Part shown: positions 46,232 to 57,042 of the stretch, in pieces
Layout: each line of letters opens with the position of its first letter
Position numbering within the stretch: position 1 is the first letter of the stretch
Assembly: GCA_023920165.1 (NCBI GenBank)
Contig: CP089278.1
Coordinates: 2,356,001 to 2,420,000 of the forward strand
Reading direction: 5' to 3'
Origin: Curvularia clavata
Taxonomy: Eukaryota
Length of the DNA stretch: 64,000 bases
Position numbers and translations under genes: made by a program
Notes under the pieces: generated by a model
Seen by the model: the letters and a program-made list of their open reading frames with translations, nothing else
Database searches by the model: none
Told to the model about the DNA's origin: nothing

Positions 46232-46719
46232 CCAAACAACCAAACTTACTATCCTGAATTCAAGTCATGTCTATTTCGCCGCTAGGAAGTTGTCTGTGCT
46301 ATTTCCCGCTCAATTTGGGGTAAAAAAAAAACATCTCTGAAACAGCTGAAACGTGGAGAAGAAAAAAAACTATCGTCAAAGAAGTTGAGATTCCGCTATA
46401 CACAAAAAAGAAGAGGACGAACATGCGCTGAGAATGTCCGATGTTTCGAGTGCCGTCTTAATGCTACAAAGAAACTCACGCAGCCTGTCGTTTCTTTGAG
46501 ACACTTTGATAGGCCAGTTGTGGAAAACAGAAAAGAAAAGACGAAGTAACGAATTTCACGATAAGTGCTTAGAGATACAGCCTCAGATATTTGTATCACA
46601 GTATGCACTGGTACACACTCTACCTAGGGGCACGTTAGACTGCAATCTTCAATTCTATTATTATGTTCACTCCCTAATATTAAACCATGACAAAAAAAGA
46701 AGAAGAGGTTAAAAAAAAA

Positions 46720-46991
46720 ATCAAGCAATCCTCCACTGCGAAATTGTTGCACCAGCAACCGTCCGGATTCGAGCGGCCGCCCTCCTGGCTTTAGCAACCC
46801 CATTTTGGACGACACTAGGTGGGCCACGGGTATTTCGTGTAAACCCGTTAGCAGCCTTGAATGTTATGATTGCTCTCGCTGGTAGTGTTGATCCTTATGG
46901 CCTCGACAGCAGTCTAGTGTTTTGGTAGACATACCCACCTAGTGTCGTGTGCTAGGAGCCCAGCCGACCACGAAGGAGAGGATTGCTTGAT
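46720..46991 (-). ncRNA. Unassigned structured Pol III-type non-coding RNA gene (~272 nt)
   Basis: 14-bp perfect terminal helix (46720-46733/46978-46991), nested 15-bp perfect helix (46809-46823/46934-46948), several internal hairpins, TATAATTA at -30, A-box-like and B-box-like motifs, T10 run immediately 3'. Confidence 0.72.
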
Positions 46992-47214
46992 GGGGAAGGA
47001 GGTAATATACGGGTAATTATACAAAAAGCGGTGAATTAGATTGTAGCAGGAAAAGTAGCCGATGTTCGCTGGGCTGCGAGGACCGTTTGTTTGTTACAAA
47101 TATGGAGATCTACTTGGTTACCGCGAAAAAAAATTGAACAAACAGAGAAATCCTAAACGCCTACCCACATTCCTTCGTAATCCTCGTGGCCTGATGCAAA
47201 AAGATACTCTGCGC

Positions 47215-48311
47215 TTACAAAAGCGTATCACCAAGCGCACACCTCACAATCGAAACGCCCGCACGCACTGTGTCGGCGGCACCCTCAGCATCGAGGCTGG
47301 GGTTCACTTCGACAAGGTCCAGCGCAATGAGGGAACCGGTCTCAGCTACGCACTCGGCGATGAAGTCGCCTTCTCTGAGGGTCAAGCCGCCACGGACAGG
47401 AGTACCTGTGCTGGGCGCCCACATGGGGTCCAGGGCGTCGACATCGAAGGAGAGATGGATGGGGGTGTCGCTTCCGATCCAGCCCAGGGCCATGTCCATG
47501 ACTTTGCCGATTCCGTGTCTATGGAAGTAAGCGTTAGCCCATTTTCTCCCAATTACCTTTGTTGGTGATGGAATTGCAGACTTACCGGTCAATATCGTGC
47601 ATGGAGAAAGCCTTGATACCATGGTCCCTCAGAATCTTCTTCTCGCCCTTGTCAATGTCCCTCAGGCCGATGTAGACCAGTTTCTTGGTACTGAGCATGT
47701 GCTCCTCCTTAATCCAGCCGAAGATGTCCTCACGATCCTCCTTGGCAAGGCCAGTTAGGAAGGAGACGGGCATGCCGTGGATGTTGCCGCTATCCGAAGT
47801 CTCAGGCGTGTTGATGTCAGCGTGCGCATCGACCCAGATGACGGCAATTTCCCTGCCCAGTCTTTCACGGACAGCCTTTGCGGTACCGGAAATAGTGCCA
47901 ATGGCGATGGAGTGGTCGCCGCCGAGGGTAAGGACGAGCTTGCCGTCTTTGGCGTGCTTGTACACTTGGTCGCTGACTTCGCGCGTGACGGCGCTGGCGA
48001 ACTTGGGGCGCTTCATGCCACGGTAGTCTGGGTCCTCGGATGGCTGGAGCTCAGCGTAGTTGTGCACTTGGCCGTCGTAGGTGACGTTGTATTCTAGGTC
48101 TTCTTCTAGCTGCTTGATGAGGCCGTTCTCAATGAGGGCCATGGGAGCCGCGTCGACACCGGCTTTGGGCTGAAAGTGACATGGTCAATGTGTGGAAGAG
48201 CATTACGAGAGCTGAGAATCTTACCTGGCCGCCGCTAAAGCCGACTGCGACGATACCCAGATCATGGCGGTTGGGCAGGAACTTGGGCTGTATTGTTGGT
48301 GGGGAAGTCAT
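47215..48311 (-). CDS. agaA: Arginase (introns 48170-48224, 47519-47585)
   Basis: GFSGGQPKAGVD, LGGDHSIAIG, WVDAHADINTP, SGNIHGMP, SFDVDALDP..APSTGTPVRGG, DLVEVNP. Confidence 0.97.
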
Positions 48312-48323
48312 TTTATTTATTTA

Positions 48324-48511
48324 CTAAGAACGGACGTTAAACTCGACGTCGACAGCAATTCGTGCAGCAAAGATTGAATGCGCAAAGTGGTTGGTTTTTC
48401 GTGGTTCATCGACGGGCAAGTGAAAGTCCGAATCTCCAAGCTTGCCAAGAAAGAAGAGAAAAAGAAACAAAGCAGGAGCATGTTGCAAACGCTGCAGCAC
48501 AGAGTTCTTAC
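48324..48511 (-). other. 5'-UTR intron of the arginase gene (188 nt)
   Basis: CAG|GTAAGA donor, TTTAAC branch, TTCTTAG acceptor 12 nt before the ATG; TACTTAAATA TATA-like element about 45 nt upstream of the donor. Confidence 0.7.
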
Positions 48512-49272
48512 CTGATGGAGATGAGCTCTTGTATTATCAAGACACAGTGAGGGTATTTAAGTATAGTCAAACAAGGGCGTGGATGTACACTCGACGTCAC
48601 CACCAACGGCCCGACGAACGAGATAGGCGAAGAAGTGGGAAAAGAAAAAGATATCAGTCACAACAGAAGCAGAGCAGACGCGGGGGAGGCCCTTTTTATC
48701 TCCAAGCAGGGTCTCGGTTGTTAGGTAATTATGTGTCGCTGATTTTTCGTGGCCATCGTGTACACCTGTACTTAGGGGAAGAGCAAGTTGAGGCTCTCGT
48801 CAAATTTATCACTTAGGGGAAGTAGTTCAGTTCCAGGAAGGTCTGGTAAGAAGAGGGAGCGGGTCCCCCCACTAAGCAACATGGCCGAGGCAAGACCATG
48901 TCTGATTAGGTAGGTCGCATGCTTGAAGGCCGACTGCTGGGAGCTGAGAAAGGAGATAGGGAGATAGAGGCTCTATGGCATTGCAATGCGGGATATGTGT
49001 GTATGCGCTACATGTGTAGTGAGGACAGTGAGAGGTGACCATGCGAGGACGTGTTGCAGGCAAAAAACCGTCGGGGATGTGCTCGGAGGCGCTGGGGGCG
49101 TCATTGGTGGGCGGTTGCATGGCTAGTCCTGGCTCGGAAACACCGGGTTCAGTCGGCTTTGCCTCCGTTCTCAGCCGTCCTCGCCGCCCTATCTACAGTC
49201 CACCTGGCGTAGAGCCACCTGACCTCTATACGCCGGTCGACTCCAGTGTCACCATTTTGTCCATTGGCGTTG

Positions 49273-49623
49273 ATGACTGCCCGAGTTGTTCGCTTTGTCG
49301 CTGCGACGCCAAAGTCAGGTAGAGCCATGCTGCAGCTACTTTGTCACGTGAAGCCCGGCGTCAGTGCAAGTCGCGAGGGTATCGCAGCCATCTCAGAGGA
49401 CCGTATTGACGTATGCGTTGCAGCCCAGGCAAGAGACGGAGAGGCCAACAAGGCCGTGAGACGAGTCGTTGCGGATGCGCTTGGGGTAGCCAAATCTGAT
49501 GTCGAGGTGATCAAGGGTCTCAAGAGTAGGGATAAGACTATAGCGGTTCGGACAACACAAGAAGCATCTCAAGAGGAAGTCGACAAGATCAAGACCATGC
49601 TAAGGAGAAGCGCTGGTATGTGA
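49273..49623 (+). CDS. DUF167/UPF0235 (YggU-like) protein
   Basis: HVKPG, VAAQARDGEANKAV, ALGVAKSDVEVIKGLKSRDK motifs. Confidence 0.9.
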   Translation: MTARVVRFVAATPKSGRAMLQLLCHVKPGVSASREGIAAISEDRIDVCVAAQARDGEANKAVRRVVADALGVAKSDVEVIKGLKSRDKTIAVRTTQEASQEEVDKIKTMLRRSAGM

Positions 49624-49957
49624 GGAAAAGACAACGAAATGTGTGTATTGGTACAGTAAGAGAGCAATAAGTTCAGAATAAAATTGTGAACTCAATACTG
49701 TTGTAAGGCGGAGAAAGTAACCAAATTCAGAGCAAAATCGCAATTGAGTTCAATACATATTATCATTATCCGACTCGATCATGCAAGCCATTAAGGAGCG
49801 TTATATATACACCATAGGGTTCTGTCCCTTCCTCCACAAAATTACCGGTCGTATCCGATATTTTATCATACAGCGCACAAACTCAGCGCATTAGTGTTCG
49901 TTCTATGGTACTTTTACGTCCGTCGAAAATCCAATTGCAGGAAAAAAAAGGGACAAC

Positions 49958-50600
49958 TTAGTATTGCCAGGCACCAGGAGCGTTACCGGGAGCTGTCATA
50001 TTCGTTAGTATCATGTAGATGTATGCAAGAGCATCAAGACTTACAAGCAATAGCGCTGAAACCAAGGCACTCATCCGAGAAGGTACCGTTGGCAAGGTTG
50101 CCGTAGACCTGCCAGCCGTCCTCGGCCGCACCAGGGCAAGCAATGAATCCGTTCTCCCAGTTGAGGTAGCCAAACGCGTCGCTGTTAGGTGCCGCAGTAC
50201 GGCTGAATCCAGTGACGGTGGAGCCAGGTGGGATGTAGGCAGAGTGAGCCTGAGTGTAGCTGAGCGCGCCATCGGGAGCAACGTAGACCTGTTGGCCACC
50301 GGGAACAACGACGCCGAGGCTGAGAGTCTGATTGCCGCCAGCGAAGGTGGTGACGTTGCCAGCAGGGCAGTTCTCAGGTCCGACAACCTCCTCAGGGCAG
50401 TAGGAGGATGGGCCATTACCACCCAGGTAAAAACGTCCGCCACGGGCGTTCATGGGCTGGAAGTGGATGGGAGATGCGCTGCGCTGGGCGATGACGCCGA
50501 AGTAGGGGCTGCTCTCAGCTTGTCTGGCGACGGGCTGAATTGCGGTAGGAGCTGCAGCGGCAGCAGCGAGGAGGGAGGCGAAGGCAGTGGTGTACTTCAT
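49958..50600 (-). CDS. Secreted IgE-binding protein / PhiA-like cell-wall protein (intron 49993-50044)
   Basis: Signal peptide; RSASPIH, SSYCP, VPGGQQVYVAPDGALSYTQAHSA, FIACP; spliced C-terminus ...GAWQY*. Confidence 0.85.
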
Positions 50601-52043
50601 CTTGATGGTGTGGATTAAAGGAGTTTGAGATTAACAAGTAAATAGTTTGTTGGAGGATAGATTTGAAAGCGGTGGTTTTGGTTTGAGGCTGATGGTTCTT
50701 TGTTCAGAGCGCCGTCGAGGTCCTTATATGTAGAAACAGTAGGGTCTCTCCCAGCCATCACCTTTCATCATTAATTGGACCCGTCTTGCGTGTATGCGGA
50801 GTCGCTTGCGCACCTTTCCCTGTCCAATGCACACAGCCCTGCATTTGCGAAAGCAACCCTGTCACAAGCGACTGGCTAAGCTCCTGCTATGCACGTCTTT
50901 GGCCAAGATCATCTTGCACTAGTACGGGGATAGAGTACATTTAGTGGACTTATCCGCAACGTTGTATTGAGATAGTCCCAGAATCAGCGTCATACCCGAT
51001 CCCGGCCACCCGAACACGAGAGACGGATGTGGTGATCCTCTCGTACTGACTAAGTTCAGCGTTGTTTGAAGTCACACGATGATGCAATCTGAGGAAGAAG
51101 CGGAAGCTCTCCAAGCAGTTGAACCTTGGGATGCTTCTCTGGGATTCTATGCTAGCGAGACGGCAACGTGCGGAACCGAGTCTATGCTACCACTGGGCTA
51201 CCAATCTGGTAGTGATAGTCGCCTTCGCCCGCCATTCTTGGTCAAACGTGGTGTCCCGAATTCATGGAATCTGTTTCCTCTGTTTCCCGTCAATTGCTAT
51301 TTTCGTACGCATGCTGGGCTATATTATGCAGCGAATATACACCATTGTACACAGGTTTCTCCTAGCTTTGTCGGTCGCCGGATCAGCTGGCTGTCGCAAC
51401 ACGTCCGTTCGACAATGGAAATTGGTGGAACAAAATAGAGATCAACAAATCGTCATGCGGTCCCATCTCCCCACTCTCAGGATTGTGCCACACCCGTCCG
51501 ACTAGCGCCACTGCTGTTGCCACGCCCGTAAATAGAAGCCCCAAAGGCTCGTGTTTAGGCTTTTGGAAGCTCTGCGCCCCTCTGAGGTGACATTGGGCGT
51601 GATCTCTTGGTGCATTGGGTCATGTTACCAAGCCCATACAGTAGCAGTTGTGCGAGGCTGCAGTGGGATCGCATACTGTCGCCATGTAGTCCTCGTACGA
51701 ATATTCAATCAAACCATATCCGGCCCGAACCTGGACGAGCTTCTTCGACCCCAGAGCGTTTGGGCCGTTGTCGTGCGACATGGCGGGCAAGCATGTCAAT
51801 GTCAAAGAGCGCATGACAGGTGACCCCTGCTACCCAATATGGAGAAGCTTCTTGATTCGGCCACACAGCTCATAGCATTTTTTCGACAGGCGGGTCGCAT
51901 ACCTGCAACCGTGCATATTTCAATAGCCTGCAATTCAACTCTTGCATGAACTGTGACTTGAGGACCCGCTCGGAGAGAGCAGCGGTGAATGTTTTATGCG
52001 TAACCTTGCAACAATAGCTTATCTTCACGATACGAACGATCGT

Positions 52044-53669
52044 CTACATCCACAAACAGAGTTTCCCACTCGCCGTCCCAGCCGCTACCCAGTCGAGCGT
52101 AGGATGGAACTTTGCGACAGCTGGCACTGCTGTGATGCCGTCGCCTCCCAACTGCGCCAACTGTTCGCCCTTTGCCGTGTATATGTCGACAAAGCGGTTC
52201 ATGTTGCCAATGCAGAAGCGCTGCACATTGTCTTGGGGAAACTGCTGCCATTGGGCACGTAATCTACACACCGAGGTCAGTATCATTTCTTGCACAAGGC
52301 GCATATATGGGGTAACGAACATGGTGACCCATCGACCGGTCTGATTGTTATGCCGCACAATGACCTCCGGCTCCATGTCCGCTTCTTCCAAAGTCGAACC
52401 CGCTTTCCACTCTGCACAGTTTCCAAAGTCATGAATCTTGATGGTGTCATCGTACGAGGCCGTAGCTACCTGACCAACAGAGTTCCACGCAGCATGTGAG
52501 ACGGACAGCTTGCTAGTATGCTCACCAACGAGCGTTGGCAGACGTTCCTCTCCCTTTCCTGTAATCTTGCGCAGATCCCAAATCTTCAAAGTACGGTCTA
52601 AAGAAGCTGTGGCTACGAGATGGGGATGAAGAGGATGTAGTGTGAAGCCCCCGATTTTCTTCTCCGAGAGTTGGAAGATCTGCAGTCCTGCAGCCTTCTC
52701 TGAAGGCGTGCGCATATCGTATATGCCGAATTGGCCGTCCAACGTGGAAAAATACAGCGTATTCGGATCCTCCTTGGATATCTCGAGACCGGAGAGCGGC
52801 GCGTCCTCGCTCGCATCTGAGGGAGCATAAACTTCCACCGCAACCCCTTTTGCAAGATCCAGTTTCCGTACCGTAGAGTCATACGAGGCAGAGTATAGCA
52901 GATTGGAATCGTGAGGACTAAACTGGAATGTGTGTATTGTTCGTGTGTGCGGTTTCAAGGTTGTGATGGTAGGCCCCTCTCGATCCGCGTCCTCATCGTC
53001 TTCCACTTTAACCTCAGCGGCCTTCTGGGAAGCATCGCATATGCCCAGGTTTCCAAGTTTATCGCCAGCGAACACCAAGGGCTTGTCTGTGGTGGGATGC
53101 AGCCCCATAGAGTAGATGCGCTCGGGCGTGATTTTGATCTCATTAGGCTCAAAGTCTTCCCATAGCTGCAGGCCACTCATGCGCTCTCGAAGCGCTCGTA
53201 GCTCTTTATCCGTCGTTTCCTTAATATCGTCGTAATTGAAAGTTCGCGCATAAGGATTTGCTGGACCGACGGAAAGAAAGTTGCCGCTCTTGTCCCAGTC
53301 CTTGCCGGCGACAACGATATCGCTAAAGTTGTAGGCATCACTTATGCGTTGTCTCTTTGCGCGATCGGCTTCTCGTATTGCAGCGTATTCCTCCTCTGCC
53401 TTGCGCTTCGCGACCTCACTATCAGCCACGATGCCCCTTAATCGTGATGAAGTTCGTCGCGGCGCAGTTTCTTCTTCCTTGATCTTCTTTGGTGCCGGCT
53501 TCTTTGCCTTTGGCCTCGACGGCATCGATGCTTTTGCTGTGCTCGTAGGGCCTAGACCGGCCTGCGCAGCCTCCATCTCGAGGTTGCGCAGCAGCGCCTG
53601 CGTTTTTGCAATGTTTTCTTGCCTCTTCCGCTCATATTCGCTGATCTCGACATTTTTTCCACGCGCCAT
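52044..53669 (-). CDS. cmr1: Cmr1/WDR76 DNA-damage-binding WD40 protein (57-nt intron 52264-52320)
   Basis: [13 protein letters not shown]-terminus, [40 protein letters not shown] after splicing, IGNMNRFVD. Confidence 0.93.
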   Translation of the reverse strand: MARGKNVEISEYERKRQENIAKTQALLRNLEMEAAQAGLGPTSTAKASMPSRPKAKKPAPKKIKEEETAPRRTSSRLRGIVADSEVAKRKAEEEYAAIREADRAKRQRISDAYNFSDIVVAGKDWDKSGNFLSVGPANPYARTFNYDDIKETTDKELRALRERMSGLQLWEDFEPNEIKITPERIYSMGLHPTTDKPLVFAGDKLGNLGICDASQKAAEVKVEDDEDADREGPTITTLKPHTRTIHTFQFSPHDSNLLYSASYDSTVRKLDLAKGVAVEVYAPSDASEDAPLSGLEISKEDPNTLYFSTLDGQFGIYDMRTPSEKAAGLQIFQLSEKKIGGFTLHPLHPHLVATASLDRTLKIWDLRKITGKGEERLPTLVGEHTSKLSVSHAAWNSVGQVATASYDDTIKIHDFGNCAEWKAGSTLEEADMEPEVIVRHNNQTGRWVTMFVTPYMRLVQEMILTSVCRLRAQWQQFPQDNVQRFCIGNMNRFVDIYTAKGEQLAQLGGDGITAVPAVAKFHPTLDWVAAGTASGKLCLWM

Positions 53670-54369
53670 TGCGGTCTCGTTCGTGCGTTGCGAGGCACCG
53701 TGCCAACTGTGGCGGTAGTTGACGCGGGTTGCGGTGGGTACGATAGTGGTGACGGGTGATTTGCGTGCAGATTGTGCTGTTCCTCCAAGATTTACGGGGT
53801 ACCCGATGTATCGCTGTAAATCGAGAGATGGTGTCTTCCCGCATCGAGGGCGAGAACTCCAGCCTGCCCCTGCGTCATTTGCCACTAGCGTAAACGCGGT
53901 GGACGCGTCTGTCACGTGTTCGCGCGTACATCTTCTGCTGGTTCAGAAGAAAACGTTTGATATGAGGCAACTACACTGCTTCCGTCAGGCTTAGTTTGAG
54001 GTATACTAGAAAAGCTACTTGGATATTTTCTTTAGGGATTGGTTTTCCTGCTAGTACCCAAGGTGACTACACAGCATCCAAATGCTACCATGCATTCGAA
54101 GTGTATCACGCCTAGAGCCACAGTTGCCACCCCCCCGCTTAGTATCAAATACTTTTATCCAAGCTAGTAGACGCAGCACCTGGAAAACCTCCGACAGAGT
54201 GGTCGAGCGTCGAGCGGCGGGATCTAGCGAAGAGCGGGACATGTTCCCTTGTCTGCTAAACATATGGTTGCTGACTGTCGGTGGATCGTCGTTAGTGCTT
54301 GGCAGAATTGCGAATGAGGCGTTGTCGCCGTTGGTATCGGCAGATCTGAACTTTCTTAATCCCACCACC

Positions 54370-55189
54370 ATGCCACCAACACGCCTGGCCACTTCGTTAC
54401 TGGGGACGTGCCGAGCAGCCTCAGTGCGCCCAATAGTGCCATGGAGACAACGATGTCTGTATCATTCCTATGATTACCCTTCGCCACCACCATTCCCCCC
54501 CGCCGAGACAGCGATCCTCTCGTCTGCGTACGCACATGTCCCAAACCACGGCTTTACCATCGATGCGCTCAAGCTGGGCGCTCGGGATGCTGGCTATCTT
54601 GACGTTTCTACGAATTTGCTTTCACGAGGCGTATTTGACCTGATCAATTATCATCTTGTGACGCAGCGGCTGGCCCTGCAAAGCAATGTGCAGTTTCCAG
54701 AAGAGAGCGAGCAAGGGAAGAAGATGGGAACGGGAGCCAAGGTCAGAACGCTGACTCTTGCACGACTTCGCGCGAATGCACCCATTATCCACCGCTGGCA
54801 AGAGGTAGTACCATGACAGCACAGGACCACCAGAACAGCTCATTGATATTTGTTAGGCACTCGCCATCATGGCCCAGCCCACGTACATTCCCCCGTCCAT
54901 TGCAGAGCTGGCTAGACTTGCGGACGAAATATGGTTCCTCTCAGGCGACCAGAGTGTTGACAGCAGCTGGTACACGAAGCGCGCAACGCTCTCAGCAATT
55001 TACTCGTCAACGGAGCTGTACATGACACAGGACAAGTCGAGTAACTTTGTCGAGACTGAACAGTTTCTGGACAACAGATTGCAGGACCTGATGAAGGCTG
55101 GCGGCTTGATGGGAAGTATTGGAGAATGGCTCAATTATACGGGCCATTCTACTATCAACGTGCTCCGGAGCAAGGGGGTTCGCATCTAG
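54370..55189 (+). CDS. coq9: Ubiquinone biosynthesis protein Coq9, mitochondrial (intron 54805-54856)
   Basis: Presequence-like N-terminus; HVPNHGFT, LARLADEIWFLSGD..VDSSWYTKRATLSAIYSSTELYMTQDKS. Confidence 0.95.
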
Positions 55190-57042
55190 GGCAGGCTAGG
55201 GCAGGCCAGGCAAGGGCTCGTGAAAGAAGGGTACCTTTGATGGCGCCCTATAAAGATTTGTATTATTTACTTGTACTATGGCAATTCTGGTCGATGGCAT
55301 CGTGGGCGGGGCCATGGCTGCGTGGCATCCAACCTCTCGTCGCGCGCCCAAGTTTCTTTCATCTGATCAAGGAATGCAGGCTTTTTGCTCCTCGGAGCCA
55401 CGTAAGCGACGATGGTGGAACACGGGATCTCGATTGCAGTTTGAGGTCTCACAGGCTCGGTAGGAGCAAGTGCCGATGGCCCAAAAAAAAAAAGATCGTA
55501 TGATTGCCAGCTTGTAATGATGGACATCGGCGATGCGACTAAGTAGCATTTTGAATGGCGCAGTCATCAATTAAACGTTGCTAGCATCGCGGTTCATGGT
55601 TCGACCGGGAAAATTCACCGACGCCCTGACCTGGGGGGAGGTGAGCGCGCAGGGCGCACCATCTGAACCAATCTGATACATGACAGTAGATGGGTGAATC
55701 AAGACGAAGAGAGCAGGAGCTAAGAGCAATAACAAGGGCTGATGTGCAGCAAGGCAAGGCGGGCTCCGCGCGAGGCCGGCGGCAGTATAGCACCAAGAGT
55801 GAGGGCTTGTGTGAGGGTCCAGAGGAGCATGGGGACCGAGTGCCGATCGTCGGCACATGGGCCAATGACGCTGTGGCGAGGGTACTGGAGTGTACAAGTA
55901 CAAGTATTCGTGCGGGCTTGGGAGTAGGGTCTTCCCGACTACGATGGGACAGCGACCAGGTCGATTGATCGCGCAGCGGTGCATTAGCCGCTAAACGCAC
56001 CATGGGCACGCCAACAGTATCAGGGTCCAGTGTATACCCAGCCGATCTGCTGGCTGTGGCTGTGGCTGTGGCTCTCCCACGGTAAACATGACCTCAGCTC
56101 TGCTTCGGCGCAAAGCACCGGACATGGGATCGTGCTAAGAGCATACTGTATACACTCCGCCGCGGGGGCGTGAAGAAACGAAGCGCTTGTGATCTCGATC
56201 GTCGTCGTCTGCCCAGCGCCGCGCCTGGCGTAGTGCCAACACGGGTCGCACCGCCCGTCGAGCTGCTGTTTCTGTCGCGCGCAGTGGATGGGGTGCGTCT
56301 AGAATGCCTGGTTGACAATTATCGCGTGGCGGGCGTGAGAGTCTTATTCGCTGGCAACGGGCGTCGAGGTGAGGTGCAGGTGGATGCGGCTATGTGCACG
56401 GAGCGCCCAGGCCCAGGGCTCATCCATCATCGATTGAGGGAGCCATCGGCGCAACAATCCACACCCAGGGCGCACAACCGGTCTTGCATGGGCGATAGGG
56501 TCCAAATCTGGCGATGGCGGAGTGAGTGAACGAGGCCCATCGACGATGCGAGGCTTGTTCTGGCCGTGAGCACGCCACACGATCACTTCGTTCCCTTCCA
56601 GGCACCTCGATCTCCGCAACCTTTCTTGGCGTCCTGGAAATCGAGCACTTCGCCATCCTTGCCCACAGCAAGATCGATAATCATCATGGCTCCACGCTCG
56701 CAAGAAACTCAAAGGCCCGGTTCCTCAGACCCTCTGCGTCAACCACCACCGCCGTCCACGCCCCCAGCCCGCCGATCCCTCTACCTACACCCGTCTCCTC
56801 TGCTCCCACATCCACGTCCACCTTTACCAGACAAACACACGACCCAGACTTGTGCTCCCCCAGCACCCCATAGTTTTCGACTCCCGACTACGCCGGCAAG
56901 TGCCCTTCCGCGGTTTGGCCAACCGTGTGGCGTTCGGCCCTCAGTCCCCACATATCAGCACCTGCCAGCATTCCGCTATCGACCCTCGCGCCCACATGGG
57001 GAACTTCTTGTACGCATAGCTTGTCACCACACGCTATCCATC

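Noticed and set aside
46720..46991. Interpretation as a MITE or tRNA gene
   Set aside because: No target-site duplication flanks the inverted ends, internal nested helices and TATA/T-run polarity fit a transcript; no acceptor stem or cloverleaf can be formed
53670..53915. N-terminal extension of cmr1 in the ORF track (also 54082-54369 for coq9 and 63563-63787 for mis14)
   Set aside because: Upstream of the conserved N-termini and without homologous features; the cmr1 one starts at GTG; treated as UTR/promoter read-through
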